Positions 19,814-31,800 of a stretch of DNA of 64,000 bases are shown here, one piece after another (position 1 is the stretch's first letter; every line of letters begins with the position of its first letter). Where the stretch lies: the NCBI GenBank assembly GCA_964595565.1, contig CAZQQX010000002.1, positions 3,502-67,501 on the forward strand. Reading direction: 5' to 3'. The notes beneath the pieces were generated by a model, which worked only from the letters and a program-made list of their open reading frames with translations, ran no database searches and had not been told where the DNA came from. Position numbers and translations under genes: made by a program. The stretch is from an uncultured Actinomycetota bacterium. GTDB lineage: Bacteria; Actinomycetota; Humimicrobiia; Humimicrobiales; Humimicrobiaceae.

Positions 19814-22060
19814 TTATAAAATCCATACCGGATCCACATCAATTATTATCCTGTTTTCACTAAATTTTTTAAATCTCTTTAATATCTCATGAACTGACCT
19901 GTTTATTTTAGAAATATCATTTACCTTTATCATTATATGCCATCTGTAAAACATGTTAATCTTTTGAAAAGGCGCGGGAGCCGGCCCCAGAACACTGCAA
20001 CCATCCCCGGCTATTTTACTTAGCTGCATAAACAGACTTCTTATATCTTTTTTAACCCTGGCTTCATCTCTGCCGGATATTATAATATTTACTAAATTAG
20101 AGAATGGGGGATATCCCAGCTCCTTTCTATTTTTTAATTCCTGCCCATAAAATAATTCATAATTATTCTTAAGTATACTTTTAATTATAGTACTTTCTGG
20201 ATTATATGTTTGTATTATTACCCTCCCCTTTTTCCTTCTCCCCGTTCTTCCTGCTACCTGGGTTACTAGCTGATAAACTCTTTCATTCATATGATAATCA
20301 GGAAGAACAAGCATGCCGTCACAGTTAATAATACCAACAAGTGTAACATCTTCAATATCCAGACCTTTGGCCACCATCTGGGTGCCAATAAGAATGGAAC
20401 CCCCGGGAGAAATAAACTTTTTAAGTATCTCCTGATGGGATTTCTTTTTCACGGTCACGTCTGAATCCATTCTGAGTACAGATGCATCCTTAAACATTGC
20501 CTGAAGCCTTGACTGAACTCTCTGAACCCCGACCCCCTTTAAAAATATATTTTCCGACCCGCAAACATCACATTTTCCTGTATAGCTTCTTTCCCTGCCA
20601 CAGTGATGACATACTAACTTCTTAGTATCGCTGTGATAGTTATAAGGAAGATCGCAGGCGGGACACTTTGGAACATTGCCACATTTACTGCATATCACAA
20701 AATTGCTGTGCCCTCTCCTGTTCAGAAAAATGATTACCTTATTTTTTTTTAATAACTCGCTTTTTATTGATTTAAATAATCCACCAGTAACAATTACGTT
20801 TTCTTTGTTCCTGTCTATCTTTTTTAAGTCAATTATATCCATCTCCAGCGGGCTGGTGCTCTGAGCTCTGATGGGAATTTTAATCAGGGTAAAATCTTTT
20901 TCTCTTTCAGCCCTGAATCTTGTAACTATGTCGGGTGTAGCACTGCCAAACACAACCGGAATATTAAACAATTCCCCCATCTTTATTGAAACATCCCCGG
21001 TGTTATATCTCACCCCTGTTCCTTCCTTATAAGAGGTATCATGTTCTTCATCAATTATTATTACCCCCGGATTATTCACCGGAGTAAAAAGTGAGGACCT
21101 GGTCCCTATAATTATGTCAAATCTACCTTCCCATATATCCAGCCACCTTTCATATCTTTCTGCTTCACTCATATTGGAATGGTATACACCTACTCTCCGG
21201 CCAAACTCCGATTCAAACCTGTAAAATAATTGTGGTATTAGAGAAATCTCAGGAGTCAGTACAAGTGCTTTTTTATTCTTTTTTAACACCAGTTTGCAGA
21301 CACCAATATAAATATCAGTTTTGCCGCTGCCCGCAACACCCTCAATTAGAAATTTGTGAAAAATATTTTTATCCAGTGCATCAGCAACGCTTGAAATTGA
21401 TTCTTTCTGATAATAGTTTAAAGTTATCTTTTTTTTATCCCTGTTCTTATATGGATAATATTCATACCTGAAATCTCTTCTCTGCCTCTGTTTTTTTACA
21501 GAGATAATATTTTTGTCCAGAAGAGCCGCCAGGCTGGTACGGTTAGAACCGGTTTCCCTTATTAATTTTTCTCTCAAAACCCCGTTATGGGAAAGTAAGT
21601 AGTCAATTACTCTCTTTTTTGAATAGTTCTTTTTCCAGTTTATTTCATCCTTAATCCGCTCATAATTATCCCTGTTTAAAAAAACATAATCTTTATATTT
21701 AAACTGAATTTCGTTACCCGGGGCAGATTTCTTACCCGGAGGTATAAAAAACTTTATAACACTCCCGAAAGGCTGTATATAATACTGGCTTATCCATTTT
21801 ATTAGCTCAAGCTTCCTTGAATCAAAAACAGGTTTCCTGTTTAATATCTTCGTGATATCTTTTATATTTCTATCTTCTAATTCTGACTTATCTTTTACTC
21901 TGACTACATAACCGGCTTCGATTCTATTATTAAAAGGAACCTGCACCATAATTCCGGTACGGACATCCGGAGTTAAATAATGAGGTATGCGGTAGTCAAA
22001 AGGATGACTGATGTTAAGGGCTCTTATATCTAAGTAAACCTCTGCATATCTTTCAGGCAT
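19814..22060 (-). CDS. priA: primosomal protein N' (PriA helicase)
   Basis: 748 aa; DEAD-like helicase motifs (GVAGSGKT, DEEH), Cys-rich zinc-binding insert (CSKCG...CPACD...CHHCG...CDVCG). Confidence 0.9.
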   Translation of the reverse strand: MPERYAEVYLDIRALNISHPFDYRIPHYLTPDVRTGIMVQVPFNNRIEAGYVVRVKDKSELEDRNIKDITKILNRKPVFDSRKLELIKWISQYYIQPFGSVIKFFIPPGKKSAPGNEIQFKYKDYVFLNRDNYERIKDEINWKKNYSKKRVIDYLLSHNGVLREKLIRETGSNRTSLAALLDKNIISVKKQRQRRDFRYEYYPYKNRDKKKITLNYYQKESISSVADALDKNIFHKFLIEGVAGSGKTDIYIGVCKLVLKKNKKALVLTPEISLIPQLFYRFESEFGRRVGVYHSNMSEAERYERWLDIWEGRFDIIIGTRSSLFTPVNNPGVIIIDEEHDTSYKEGTGVRYNTGDVSIKMGELFNIPVVFGSATPDIVTRFRAEREKDFTLIKIPIRAQSTSPLEMDIIDLKKIDRNKENVIVTGGLFKSIKSELLKKNKVIIFLNRRGHSNFVICSKCGNVPKCPACDLPYNYHSDTKKLVCHHCGRERSYTGKCDVCGSENIFLKGVGVQRVQSRLQAMFKDASVLRMDSDVTVKKKSHQEILKKFISPGGSILIGTQMVAKGLDIEDVTLVGIINCDGMLVLPDYHMNERVYQLVTQVAGRTGRRKKGRVIIQTYNPESTIIKSILKNNYELFYGQELKNRKELGYPPFSNLVNIIISGRDEARVKKDIRSLFMQLSKIAGDGCSVLGPAPAPFQKINMFYRWHIMIKVNDISKINRSVHEILKRFKKFSENRIIIDVDPVWIL

Positions 22061-22093
22061 TTTGATAATTTATATTCATTCAAATCTAAATAA

Positions 22094-23299
22094 TTACTTA
22101 AGACCAAGGAAGCCTTTAATTTCTTCAACTTTATCCAGTTTTTCCCAGGTAAAATCTCTATCATGTCTTCCAAAATGTCCATAAGCCGCAGTCTTCCTGT
22201 AAATCGGCTTTAACAGATTAAGATTTTTTATAATTGCTGCCGGCCTTAAGTCAAATATTTCTTTTACTGCTTTCTCAATTTTTTTAATATCTACCTTTTC
22301 GGTACCAAATGCATCCACCATAACCGATACCGGGTGCGATACACCTATAGCATAGGCTATTTCTAACTCAAGCCTGTCAGCTGCCCCACTGGCCACCAGA
22401 TTTTTTGCTACATATCTTGCCGCATAAGCAGCGGACCTATCAACCTTGGAAGGGTCTTTCCCTGAGAAACACCCACCTCCATGTCTTGCCATTCCTCCGT
22501 AAGTATCTATAATTATTTTCCTTCCTGTGAGCCCGGTATCACCCATTGGTCCACCGATAGTAAACTCTCCGGTAGGATTAACAAATAATTTCAAATTTTT
22601 ACTCAGATATTCAACGGGAATAATTGGTTTTATTACGAACTCTTTCATATCAGGTTTTATCTGGGATTCTATATCTATATGTGGCGCATGCTGCGCCGCA
22701 ATAACAATTGTTTCAACTGAAACCGGCCTATCATTCTCGTACCTTACAGTCACCTGCGATTTACCGTCAGGCCTGAGGTATGGTAGAATTCCTGCTTTTC
22801 TCACTTCAGATAAACGATGTGCCAGTTTATGAGCGAGCTGGATTGGCAGAGGCATAAATTCTTCTGTTTCATTACAGGCATAACCGAACATCATTCCCTG
22901 ATCGCCGGCACCCTGGGAATCAAACTCATCCTCGTAGCCATTTCCAACTCTGGCTTCATAGGCATTGTTGATACCCTGGGATATATTAGAAGATTGTTTT
23001 CCAATAGAGCAAATAACTCCACAGGTATCGCAATCAAATCCATATTTTGCTCTGGTGTATCCTATGTCCCTTACCACTTCCCTGACAATATCAGGTATTT
23101 CTACATAAGTTGAAGTAGTAACTTCCCCCGCCACGATTACTATGCCTGTCTTGAGCAAAGTTTCAACAGCAGTCCTGCATCCGGGATCATCGGCTATCAT
23201 AGCATCAAGAATTGCATCGGAGATCTGGTCGGCCATTTTATCCGGATGCCCTTCGGTAACTGATTCCGAAGTAAACAGGAAATTATTCTTCTTTATCAT
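22094..23299 (-). CDS. metK: S-adenosylmethionine synthetase
   Basis: 401 aa; GHPDK, GAGDQG, GGGAFSGKD signatures. Confidence 0.95.
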   Translation of the reverse strand: MIKKNNFLFTSESVTEGHPDKMADQISDAILDAMIADDPGCRTAVETLLKTGIVIVAGEVTTSTYVEIPDIVREVVRDIGYTRAKYGFDCDTCGVICSIGKQSSNISQGINNAYEARVGNGYEDEFDSQGAGDQGMMFGYACNETEEFMPLPIQLAHKLAHRLSEVRKAGILPYLRPDGKSQVTVRYENDRPVSVETIVIAAQHAPHIDIESQIKPDMKEFVIKPIIPVEYLSKNLKLFVNPTGEFTIGGPMGDTGLTGRKIIIDTYGGMARHGGGCFSGKDPSKVDRSAAYAARYVAKNLVASGAADRLELEIAYAIGVSHPVSVMVDAFGTEKVDIKKIEKAVKEIFDLRPAAIIKNLNLLKPIYRKTAAYGHFGRHDRDFTWEKLDKVEEIKGFLGLK

Positions 23300-23330
23300 T
23301 ATTCCTCCTATTTATTTTTGCCTCTTTTTC

Positions 23331-24551
23331 TCATCTATCAAAATTTTTTATAATCTCATCCCAGATGCCTCTGGCAATGATTCTTTTTTTATCCCTCTCA
23401 AGCTTCTTTACAGAAATGCCATATTTTATTATGCTAACCTCATTATAATCACTTTCCATCCCTATACCTTCTTTAGATATATCATTAACAATAATCATAT
23501 CAACATTCCTGTCTTTAAATTTTTCCCCGATTTCCTCATCACTGCTTCCATGCTCCGCGGCAAAACCAACCAGGTACTGATTTTTCTTCTTTTTCTTACC
23601 CAAAAATTTAAGAATATCCTCATTTTCCTTAAATCTTATTCTGGATAATATATCATCTTTTTTCTTTAACTTAAAATTATATTTCTTCAGAGGTACTATA
23701 TCGCTTACAGCTGCTGTCATTATTATAATATCACCATTTTTAAAATACTTAAGCAGTGACTTCTTCATATCTTCCGTGCTTTCTACATTCTCAACTTTAA
23801 CTCCGTATGGTCTGGCAATACTTTTAGCCGCACTTATAAGAACCACCTCCCGGGCACCCCTGAAGTAAGCTTCCTCGGCCAGAGCATAGCCCATTTTGCC
23901 ACTCGATTTATTAGAGATGTATCTAACAGCATCAATAAACTCTCTGGTACCCCCGGCTGTGACTATTACCTTCCTGCCCCTGAGGTCTCTGCTGTAAAAC
24001 AGCAACTCTTTAAGTCTTTCAATTATTACGCCTTCATCTTCAAGCCTTCCCGTACCTGTTTCACCACAGGCAAGTCTGCCACTCTTCGGCCCTACAAAAA
24101 AATATTTTCCGCTTTCTTTTAATCTCCGGATATTATCCTGAATTATATTATCAAGATACATGCTTTCATTCATCGCAGGCGCTATCAGAACAGGACATCT
24201 TGCAGCCACTGCCGCTGTTGTAAGAAAATTATCTCCGATACCATAAGAGAGTTTTGATATTACATCAGCCGAAGCCGGGGCAATTAAAAAAATATCCGCA
24301 CTATGTGAAATATATATATGACCGATTCTATTTTGATTTGCAAACTGGTCCACAATTGTTTTATTTCCAGAAGTTGAGCTGAATGTAATGGGAGATATAA
24401 AATTAAGAGCATTCGGGGTCATTACCGGAATCACACTTGCACCCTTGCCGGTCAATCTACTACAAATTGAGGCTGATTTATATGCAGCAATAGATGCAGT
24501 TATTCCGAGGATTATCTTTTTATTGAAAAAAATTGATTTCTCAGAAGCCAA
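23331..24551 (-). CDS. coaBC: bifunctional phosphopantothenoylcysteine decarboxylase / phosphopantothenate-cysteine ligase
   Basis: 406 aa; N-terminal flavoprotein domain (ILGITASIAAYK) and C-terminal DFP/CoaB domain. Confidence 0.9.
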   Translation of the reverse strand: MASEKSIFFNKKIILGITASIAAYKSASICSRLTGKGASVIPVMTPNALNFISPITFSSTSGNKTIVDQFANQNRIGHIYISHSADIFLIAPASADVISKLSYGIGDNFLTTAAVAARCPVLIAPAMNESMYLDNIIQDNIRRLKESGKYFFVGPKSGRLACGETGTGRLEDEGVIIERLKELLFYSRDLRGRKVIVTAGGTREFIDAVRYISNKSSGKMGYALAEEAYFRGAREVVLISAAKSIARPYGVKVENVESTEDMKKSLLKYFKNGDIIIMTAAVSDIVPLKKYNFKLKKKDDILSRIRFKENEDILKFLGKKKKKNQYLVGFAAEHGSSDEEIGEKFKDRNVDMIIVNDISKEGIGMESDYNEVSIIKYGISVKKLERDKKRIIARGIWDEIIKNFDR

Positions 24552-24553
24552 AT

Positions 24554-24793
24554 TTACGCATTTTCCTTTTTCTTATTAAAAGTTACTTTCTCTTCTTTTA
24601 TTTCATTAAAAGCAATCTCCAGCGGGTCATGTGATTCAATATCAACCAGCGGCTTTATCACGCTAATTCTTTCCATATTCTTCTGTGCTGATAAATATTC
24701 ACCAAGTTCTCTTGCTCTTTTGGCTACTGCTATACATAATTTATATTTACTGCCCACGCTCTTTATATATTCATCAAGATACTGTATTTTCAT
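24554..24793 (-). CDS. rpoZ: DNA-directed RNA polymerase subunit omega
   Basis: 79 aa; KYKLCIAVAKRAREL motif; gmk-rpoZ synteny. Confidence 0.85.
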   Translation of the reverse strand: MKIQYLDEYIKSVGSKYKLCIAVAKRARELGEYLSAQKNMERISVIKPLVDIESHDPLEIAFNEIKEEKVTFNKKKENA

Positions 24794-24800
24794 TATTTAT

Positions 24801-25370
24801 TTAATCCTCCCGTTTGCGAGCATCCAAAACTTTTTTTAAATTAATCAAAGCTTCATTATAATTACTATTTACAATTATGCAATCGTAATATTTCTCATAC
24901 TTAATTTCTTCCCTGGCAATTTCCAGTCTTTTGTTTACTTCCTCCTGATTCTCGACCCCTCTCTTTTTAATTCGTCTTTCTAACTCATCAAATGAAGAAG
25001 TTGTAATAAAAATAAGGTAAACATCTTTTAATTTCTCAACAACCTGCATCGCACCATGGACCTCAATCACCAGTATAACATTCTTACCCTCTTCCAGCTT
25101 CTCAGTTACGAATTTTTTAGGGGTCCCGTACAAATATCCTCCGTAAGATGTCCATTCCAGTAACATATCTTTTTCTACAAGTTCATAAAATTCATTCCTT
25201 GTTATAAAATGATAGTGTTCACCATATTTTTCATCAGCCCTTCTGGGCCTTGTAGTAACAGAAATTGATCTAATAAAATCATCTGATTCCTTTACTATAT
25301 CATTTACCAGGCTGCTCTTACCTGAACCGGAAGGTCCGGAAATAATAAATAATTTTCTCCTGCTTGCCAT
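24801..25370 (-). CDS. gmk: guanylate kinase
   Basis: 189 aa; P-loop GPSGSGKSS, SVTTRPRR. Confidence 0.9.
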   Translation of the reverse strand: MASRRKLFIISGPSGSGKSSLVNDIVKESDDFIRSISVTTRPRRADEKYGEHYHFITRNEFYELVEKDMLLEWTSYGGYLYGTPKKFVTEKLEEGKNVILVIEVHGAMQVVEKLKDVYLIFITTSSFDELERRIKKRGVENQEEVNKRLEIAREEIKYEKYYDCIIVNSNYNEALINLKKVLDARKRED

Positions 25371-25393
25371 AGAAGTATTTAAGATGTCCCGAT

Positions 25394-25714
25394 TTAATTA
25401 ATTTTGAAAAACTGATAAAAATTACACTTTTGATTTTTGCCCAGGCCTCCAACTGTTTTATTAGGGCTTATTTTTAAGCTCTTTAAAATCTTTAAAGCAT
25501 TTACTCTTCCATTACCAGGTAGCGCGCCCACTAAATCCAGGACTTTCATATTGCTTATATATTTTTCAAAGAGTTCCCTGTTTTTGAAAAGCACTTTTAT
25601 ATCTGTTTTCTCCTCTTTAAGCATATCTTTTATCTCGGCTCTTTTTTTCCTTATCAACCTCGCTTTTTCCAGCCCCTTTTTTCTATCACCTTCGCTTAAA
25701 TTATTTAAAGACAT
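25394..25714 (-). CDS. integration host factor, actinobacterial type (mIHF-like, HhH DNA-binding protein)
   Basis: 106 aa; basic N-terminal helix (KKGLEKARLIRKKRAEIKDMLKEEK), HhH-like LVGALPGNGRVNALKILKSL..ISPNKTVGGLG; sits immediately upstream of gmk as mIHF does in actinobacteria. Confidence 0.55.
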   Translation of the reverse strand: MSLNNLSEGDRKKGLEKARLIRKKRAEIKDMLKEEKTDIKVLFKNRELFEKYISNMKVLDLVGALPGNGRVNALKILKSLKISPNKTVGGLGKNQKCNFYQFFKIN

Positions 25715-25802
25715 GCAGCTCCCTTTGATATAAAAAAATTAGATACATTAGAGTATACAAATATATATATTTAATATCAACTTTTTTCATCAACTAATCC
25801 GA

Positions 25803-26408
25803 TTAAATATTTTTTTTGCTGCCGGGATACTCCAGTGGATATTTTTCCTTACATAGTCTGCAATCTGAAGGTTTATACTTATCAATATCTAACTTAATTA
25901 AATAATAGTATGGACACTTAAATTTCAATTTTTCCGAACGGTCTACGATACTTAACACCGCTTTTACCGTGGCACCATACTCCTCGCATATATCTATTAC
26001 CTCTTTTACAGAACCGCCGGTGGTAATTACATCTTCAGCAATTATAACTCCTTCCCCCTGTCTAATTCCAAAACCTCTCCTCAGTTCCATATTCGAATCT
26101 TTTCTTTCAGCAAAAATCATCCTTAGCCCTGCTATATATGAAAGCATATAACCCCAGAGTATCCCGCCAATTGCCGGTGATATTATGGTATTTACCTTTT
26201 TTATATCAATTTCTCCTTCTATTATTTCCAGGACCTTACCGGCGAGTTTAAAAGTAATGTCAGGATACTGCAGAAGCCGGGCACACTGTAAGTAATAATC
26301 ACTGTGATAACCCGAGGTTAATTTAAAATGACCTTTCATTATGGAACCTGTTTCCTTTAATATTTTAAATATATCAATTCCCTCAACCTGGTTTATCACT
26401 TTAATCAT
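25803..26408 (-). CDS. pyrE: orotate phosphoribosyltransferase with a Cys-containing C-terminal tail
   Basis: 201 aa; PRPP-binding VIIAEDVITTGGS; last gene of the pyr operon. Confidence 0.9.
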   Translation of the reverse strand: MIKVINQVEGIDIFKILKETGSIMKGHFKLTSGYHSDYYLQCARLLQYPDITFKLAGKVLEIIEGEIDIKKVNTIISPAIGGILWGYMLSYIAGLRMIFAERKDSNMELRRGFGIRQGEGVIIAEDVITTGGSVKEVIDICEEYGATVKAVLSIVDRSEKLKFKCPYYYLIKLDIDKYKPSDCRLCKEKYPLEYPGSKKNI

Positions 26409-27145
26409 AAATGTATGCCCCTTTCTATCTCTACTAAAAACTTATCTATTGTTTCCGGTACATTATTTTTAGTTGTAATAGAGCGACCCGCAATTATAAA
26501 GTCCGCTCCTCCTGATATTGCTTCTCCCGGTGTATTTATTCTCTTCTGGTCACCCGCTGAATCCCCGGGAAGCCTTACGCCGGGAGTGGCTATATAAAAA
26601 TCACTGCCTATTTTTTCTCTTACCATTTCTACTTCATTGGGGGAGCATATTATCCCATCCATACCCGACCTAACAGCAATCTCTGATAAATTTAAAACCG
26701 AACTTAAAAAATTATCCCTGAATCCCAGATTTTTAATATCGCTATCATCAAGGCTGGTAAGTACGGTTACTCCAAAAAGAACCGGCTTTAATTTATTTTT
26801 TAATTTTGCCTGTTCTTCAACGGCCTTTCTTGTTCTTGCAAGCATCTGCCTTCCGCCAAGAGTATGAACTGTAACAGCACTTACATCAAGATTTACTATG
26901 GCCGCCGCTGCACTACTTACAGTATTGGGGATATCCATAAGCTTTGCATCAAGCATTACCCGGTAGCCAAAACTTTTTACAGTACCGATAATACCTGTAC
27001 CCAGACTGTATAGTAACTGGAGCCCTATTTTTAAAGTGGATACTTTACCGGATATATTTTTACACAGTTTTATAACGTCTTTCTTACTACTGCTGTCAAT
27101 GCTTATAATCAACCTATCCTTTAATAATAATTTTTTATCTCTCAT
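26405..27145 (-). CDS. pyrF: orotidine 5'-phosphate decarboxylase
   Basis: 246 aa; DAKLMDIPNTV motif. Confidence 0.9.
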   Translation of the reverse strand: MRDKKLLLKDRLIISIDSSSKKDVIKLCKNISGKVSTLKIGLQLLYSLGTGIIGTVKSFGYRVMLDAKLMDIPNTVSSAAAAIVNLDVSAVTVHTLGGRQMLARTRKAVEEQAKLKNKLKPVLFGVTVLTSLDDSDIKNLGFRDNFLSSVLNLSEIAVRSGMDGIICSPNEVEMVREKIGSDFYIATPGVRLPGDSAGDQKRINTPGEAISGGADFIIAGRSITTKNNVPETIDKFLVEIERGIHL

Positions 27146-28107
27146 ATTTTGAGTTTTCCTATTATTTCATTGATATCATGTATTTTTTTATTTTTAAGAT
27201 AATCTATTAATCCATCCAGTATCCTCTTTCCTATATCATACTGAACAAAGTTCGCTGTTCCAATACCAATTGCACTCGCGCCTGCTACCAGAAACTCCAG
27301 TGCATCTTCTGTGCTGAAAATACCTCCCATTCCGATAACGGGAAGAATTTTTTCGCGTGACAGAGAGTACACGCTGGCAAGAGCAACTGGTTTTATCGCC
27401 GGCCCCGAAAGTCCGCCCGTAACACTGGCCAATTTCGGTTTAAATGTCTCAATATCTATGGCCATGCCCAACAGAGTATTTATAATTGATACTGCTTCGG
27501 CCCCACCTTTCTCTGCAGCTTTCGCAGCCTCAATTAAATTATGCTGATTGGGGCTCAATTTTGCTATTACTGGAAATTTTAAAATTTGTACCACTGATTT
27601 TACTATTTTCTTTACTTCCGAAGGTCTGGTACTAAAGGCCATACCTCCCCTCTCAACATTGGGACAGGAAAGATTAAGTTCCACCGCTATAATTTTTTTC
27701 TTTATGTCCGAGATTTTATAAGCCAGCATATTAAACTCTTCAAGATCCTGGCCGAATATACTTAAAATGATTTTTAATCCCAGCTTTTCAGCCCTTGGGA
27801 GGTGATTTCTTATAAATTTATCTATGCCATCATTCTGGAGTCCAATGGAATTTAACATTCCCCCCATTGTCTCACAAATTCTTGGTGGAGAATTGCCGTC
27901 TCTGGGTTTTAGCGAATAACTCTTTGTGGTCACTCCCCCCAGTAAAGAAGTATCGTAAAAATTATGATACTCCTCGCCATAGCCAAAAGTACCGGAGCAC
28001 ATAACTACCGGATTATTTAATCTTATATCCCCGAGCTCCACCACAAGCTTCGGGTTATTACCGGCATTATCTTCAACATAAGGAAAAAGCCTGTTTCCCT
28101 CAGTCAA
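27142..28107 (-). CDS. pyrD: dihydroorotate dehydrogenase 1B catalytic subunit
   Basis: 321 aa; NPVVMCSGTFGYG, ELNLSCPNV; paired with pyrK. Confidence 0.9.
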   Translation of the reverse strand: MTEGNRLFPYVEDNAGNNPKLVVELGDIRLNNPVVMCSGTFGYGEEYHNFYDTSLLGGVTTKSYSLKPRDGNSPPRICETMGGMLNSIGLQNDGIDKFIRNHLPRAEKLGLKIILSIFGQDLEEFNMLAYKISDIKKKIIAVELNLSCPNVERGGMAFSTRPSEVKKIVKSVVQILKFPVIAKLSPNQHNLIEAAKAAEKGGAEAVSIINTLLGMAIDIETFKPKLASVTGGLSGPAIKPVALASVYSLSREKILPVIGMGGIFSTEDALEFLVAGASAIGIGTANFVQYDIGKRILDGLIDYLKNKKIHDINEIIGKLKI

Positions 28108-28897
28108 ATATTACCTCCCTTAAATCAAAGGCAGGGCCATCCTGGCATACTTTATTATAGGAAAATCCTCTCTTCCCTTTTCTAATTTTCACCACACATC
28201 CATTACAGACCCCTATTCCGCATGCCATCATCTCTTCCAGTATTGCAGCCAATCTGTTATTTGTTTTTTCATAAATTTTCTGCATTTTTTTTAACATGTT
28301 TACCGGCCCACAGCAGTATATATCATAATCCTTGAACACCTTTATATTTTCCCGGATATAATCTGAAACCAGCCCTTTATCGCCCCGGGAACCATCTTCA
28401 GTAAGAAAAGCGTAATTTATATTTAGTTCAATCAGGTCTCTTTCCCATCTGATATAACTTTTATCCTTAAATCCTGCTGCAAAAAAAACCTCTTTTTTTA
28501 ACTTTTTAGCTTCCTTTGCTATAAAATGCAGGGGGGCTATACCAATACCCCCTCCTATTAAGAGAATAGATTTCCCGGCCATGTTTAAATCCACGCCATT
28601 CCCGAGGGGACCAATAAAATCAAGATTATCACCCTTTTTCAGGTTTGATAGATATTTTGTTCCCTTTCCCCTGACAGAAAATAAAATAGAAAAAACATTA
28701 AAATTTTTTTCAACGTCAAAAATACTAAACGGGCGCCTTAAAAAAGGGTCCATGGTCCCCTCCGGCGAACATTTTATATTGATAAATTGTCCCGGCCGGG
28801 CTTCATTGCATATATAAGGTGAGAAAACCCCTATCCTGTACAGACTATCACCATATCTCTCGTTAGAAATTATTTCTCCATTTAGTATCTTCATCAA
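28100..28897 (-). CDS. pyrK: dihydroorotate dehydrogenase electron-transfer subunit
   Basis: 265 aa; FAD/NAD-binding fold, C-terminal CGIGVCNGC 2Fe-2S motif. Confidence 0.9.
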   Translation of the reverse strand: MMKILNGEIISNERYGDSLYRIGVFSPYICNEARPGQFINIKCSPEGTMDPFLRRPFSIFDVEKNFNVFSILFSVRGKGTKYLSNLKKGDNLDFIGPLGNGVDLNMAGKSILLIGGGIGIAPLHFIAKEAKKLKKEVFFAAGFKDKSYIRWERDLIELNINYAFLTEDGSRGDKGLVSDYIRENIKVFKDYDIYCCGPVNMLKKMQKIYEKTNNRLAAILEEMMACGIGVCNGCVVKIRKGKRGFSYNKVCQDGPAFDLREVIFD

Positions 28898-31800
28898 TAC
28901 TCCTGTATGGGTTTGACTTTTAATTTAGAGTTATTTTTGATTTCCTGTATTCCCTGTACTATAGCAGAAGCTCCCGATATTGTGGTTACAGAAGGCACAT
29001 TGTGAAGAACTGCCGCAGTTCTAAGGTAATAACCATCACTTCTGGCAACACTGCCTTCGGGTGTATTTATAATCAGGTCAATTTCTCCATTCTTTATCAT
29101 ATCCAGAACATTTGGCCTGCCTTCTCTTATTTTCAAAACTTTATCACATTTTATGCCCTCTTTCTCCAGAGTGTCTCCTGTCCCGATAGTAGAAATTATT
29201 TTAAAGCCAAGTCCGGATAGTTTACCTGCAATACCCACTATAGCCTCTTTATCTTTATCATTAACGCTTATAAAAACAGAGCCCGAGGTAGGAAATTTTA
29301 GATTTGTGGAAATCTGTGTTTTTGCAAAAGCTATACCAAAGCTTTTGTCAATTCCCATAACTTCCCCTGTAGATTTCATTTCGGGCCCCAGTAGGGTATC
29401 AACTCCGGGAAATCTATTAAATGGGAGTACTGCTTCCTTGATGCTAAAGTAATCAAGCAATGTAGAGTCAACTTTTTTAAACTTTATCTCTCTTAACTTT
29501 TTTCCGGTCATTACCAGAGATGCTATCTTTGCCAGCGGCACACCTATGGATTTACTCACAAAGGGAACGGTACGGGAAGCTCTCGGGTTTGCCTCAAGTA
29601 CATAAACCACAGAATCTTTTATGGCATATTGAACATTCATAAGTCCAATTACTTTCAGTTCCTTTGCCATCTTACGGGTATAATCTTTAATAGTCTCAAT
29701 TACTTTTTTACTCAGAGTAAATGGCGGTATTACACAGGCACTATCGCCTGAATGTATCCCTGCCTCTTCTATATGCTCCATAATTCCACCGATAAACATT
29801 TCCTCCCCATCATAGATTACATCAACATCGACTTCTATTGCCCTTTCCAGAAATTTATCTATCAGTACCGGTCTATCATTTGAGACTATTGCAGCATTTT
29901 TTACATAATCTATGAGACTGTCTTCATTATAGACTATATTCATCGCTCTGCCCCCCAGCACATATGAAGGCCTGACCAGCACCGGGTAACCTATCTTTAT
30001 CGCTATCTTTTTTGCTGTATCAACATCCATAGCTGTTCCATTCTCTGCCTGGGGAATATTTAATTTCCGGAGCATGGAGCCAAACCTTTTTCTGTCTTCG
30101 GCCAGGTCAATGCTATCAGGAGAAGTACCCAGAATATTTACGCCGGCATTCTGCAGCCTCTGGGCAAGTTTCAATGGAGTCTGGCCTCCAAACTGCACTA
30201 TTACCCCGTAAGGTTTTTCCGCTTCTACTATGTTTAAGACATCCTCAAAAGTTAAAGGCTCAAAATATAAACGATCTGAAGTATCATAATCAGTACTCAC
30301 AGTCTCCGGGTTGCAGTTTATCATTATGGTTTCAAAACCTGCATCATGCAGGGCAAAAGAAGCATGAACACAGCAATAGTCAAACTCTATCCCCTGGCCA
30401 ATACGGTTCGGCCCGCCTCCCAGAATAATAACCTTATTTCTATCTGAGGACGAAGTCTCATCCTCGGTCTCATAAGTAGAATAATAATAAGGTGTATAAG
30501 CTTCAAATTCCCCGGCGCATGTATCAACAGTCTTAAAGGTAGTAGTTATATTCATCCTTTTTCTCAGCGCCCTTACCTCATCTTCGCTGGAATTGCACAG
30601 ATAGGCTATCTGCTCATCAGAATATCCATTCTTTTTAGCTTCATATAATATTTCTCCGGTAATACTTTTTAAACTGTATTTTTTTAAAGAATCTTCAAAT
30701 TCAACAAGCTGTCTTATGTTATTCAAGAACCAGGGGTCTATTTTTGTATATCTTGATATCTCTTCTATGCTCATTCCATTCTGGAAGGCATATTTAATAT
30801 AGAAAATTCTATCCTGGTTGGGAATGGTCAGCTTGTTCCCCAGTAATTTTTCTTTTATGTCATCTTTTCCATCGGAACCAAGCCCATATCTATCTATTTC
30901 AAGAGATCTTATAGCCTTCTGAAGAGCTTCTTTAAAGGTCCTGCCAATTGCAAGAACTTCACCAACGGATTTCATCCTGGTTGTAAGGCTGGCGTCAGCT
31001 CCCGGAAATTTTTCAAATGTCCACCTGGGAAACTTTACCACTACATAATCAATTGACGGTTCAAAGCAGGCAGGTGTCTTACGGGTAATATCATTCTGGA
31101 TCTCATCCAGCGTATATCCTATCGCAAGCCTTGTGGCAATTTTAGCAATCGGGTAACCCGTTGCCTTGGAAGCCAGCGCACTGCTTCTCGATACTCTCGG
31201 ATTCAATTCAATAACCGCCACTTTTCCGTCTTCAGGATTAACTGCGAACTGAATATTTGACCCACCGGCATTAACCCCTATCTCCCTCATTATTTTAATA
31301 CTTGCATCTCTTATATTCTGATATTCCCTGTAGGTTAGTGTCTGGGCAGGAGCTACGCAGATACTGTCACCGGTATGTACCCCCATCGGGTCAAAATTTT
31401 CTATGGAACATATTATAATCACATTATCATTTATGTCTCTCATCATTTCTAATTCAATTTCTTTCCATCCCGCAACCGATTTTTCCACCAGCACCTCGGA
31501 TTTTGGCGAGATGTCAAGGCCCCTGGTAACTATACCAATGAACTCTTCCTTGTTAAACGCAACTCCCCCGCCCAATCCTCCGAGTGTAAAGCTCGGTCTT
31601 ACCACAAGCGGGAATTTTAATTTTCTACTGAAACTAAGAGCCTCCTTTAAACTGTGCGCATAACTGCTGGGAGGAACATAGAGACCTATCCTGTTCATAG
31701 CTTCTTTAAATTGTTCCCTGTCTTCAGCTTTATTAATAACGTTTATATCAACTCCTATAAGCTCCACTCCATATCTATCTAAAATCTTTTCATTTGATAG

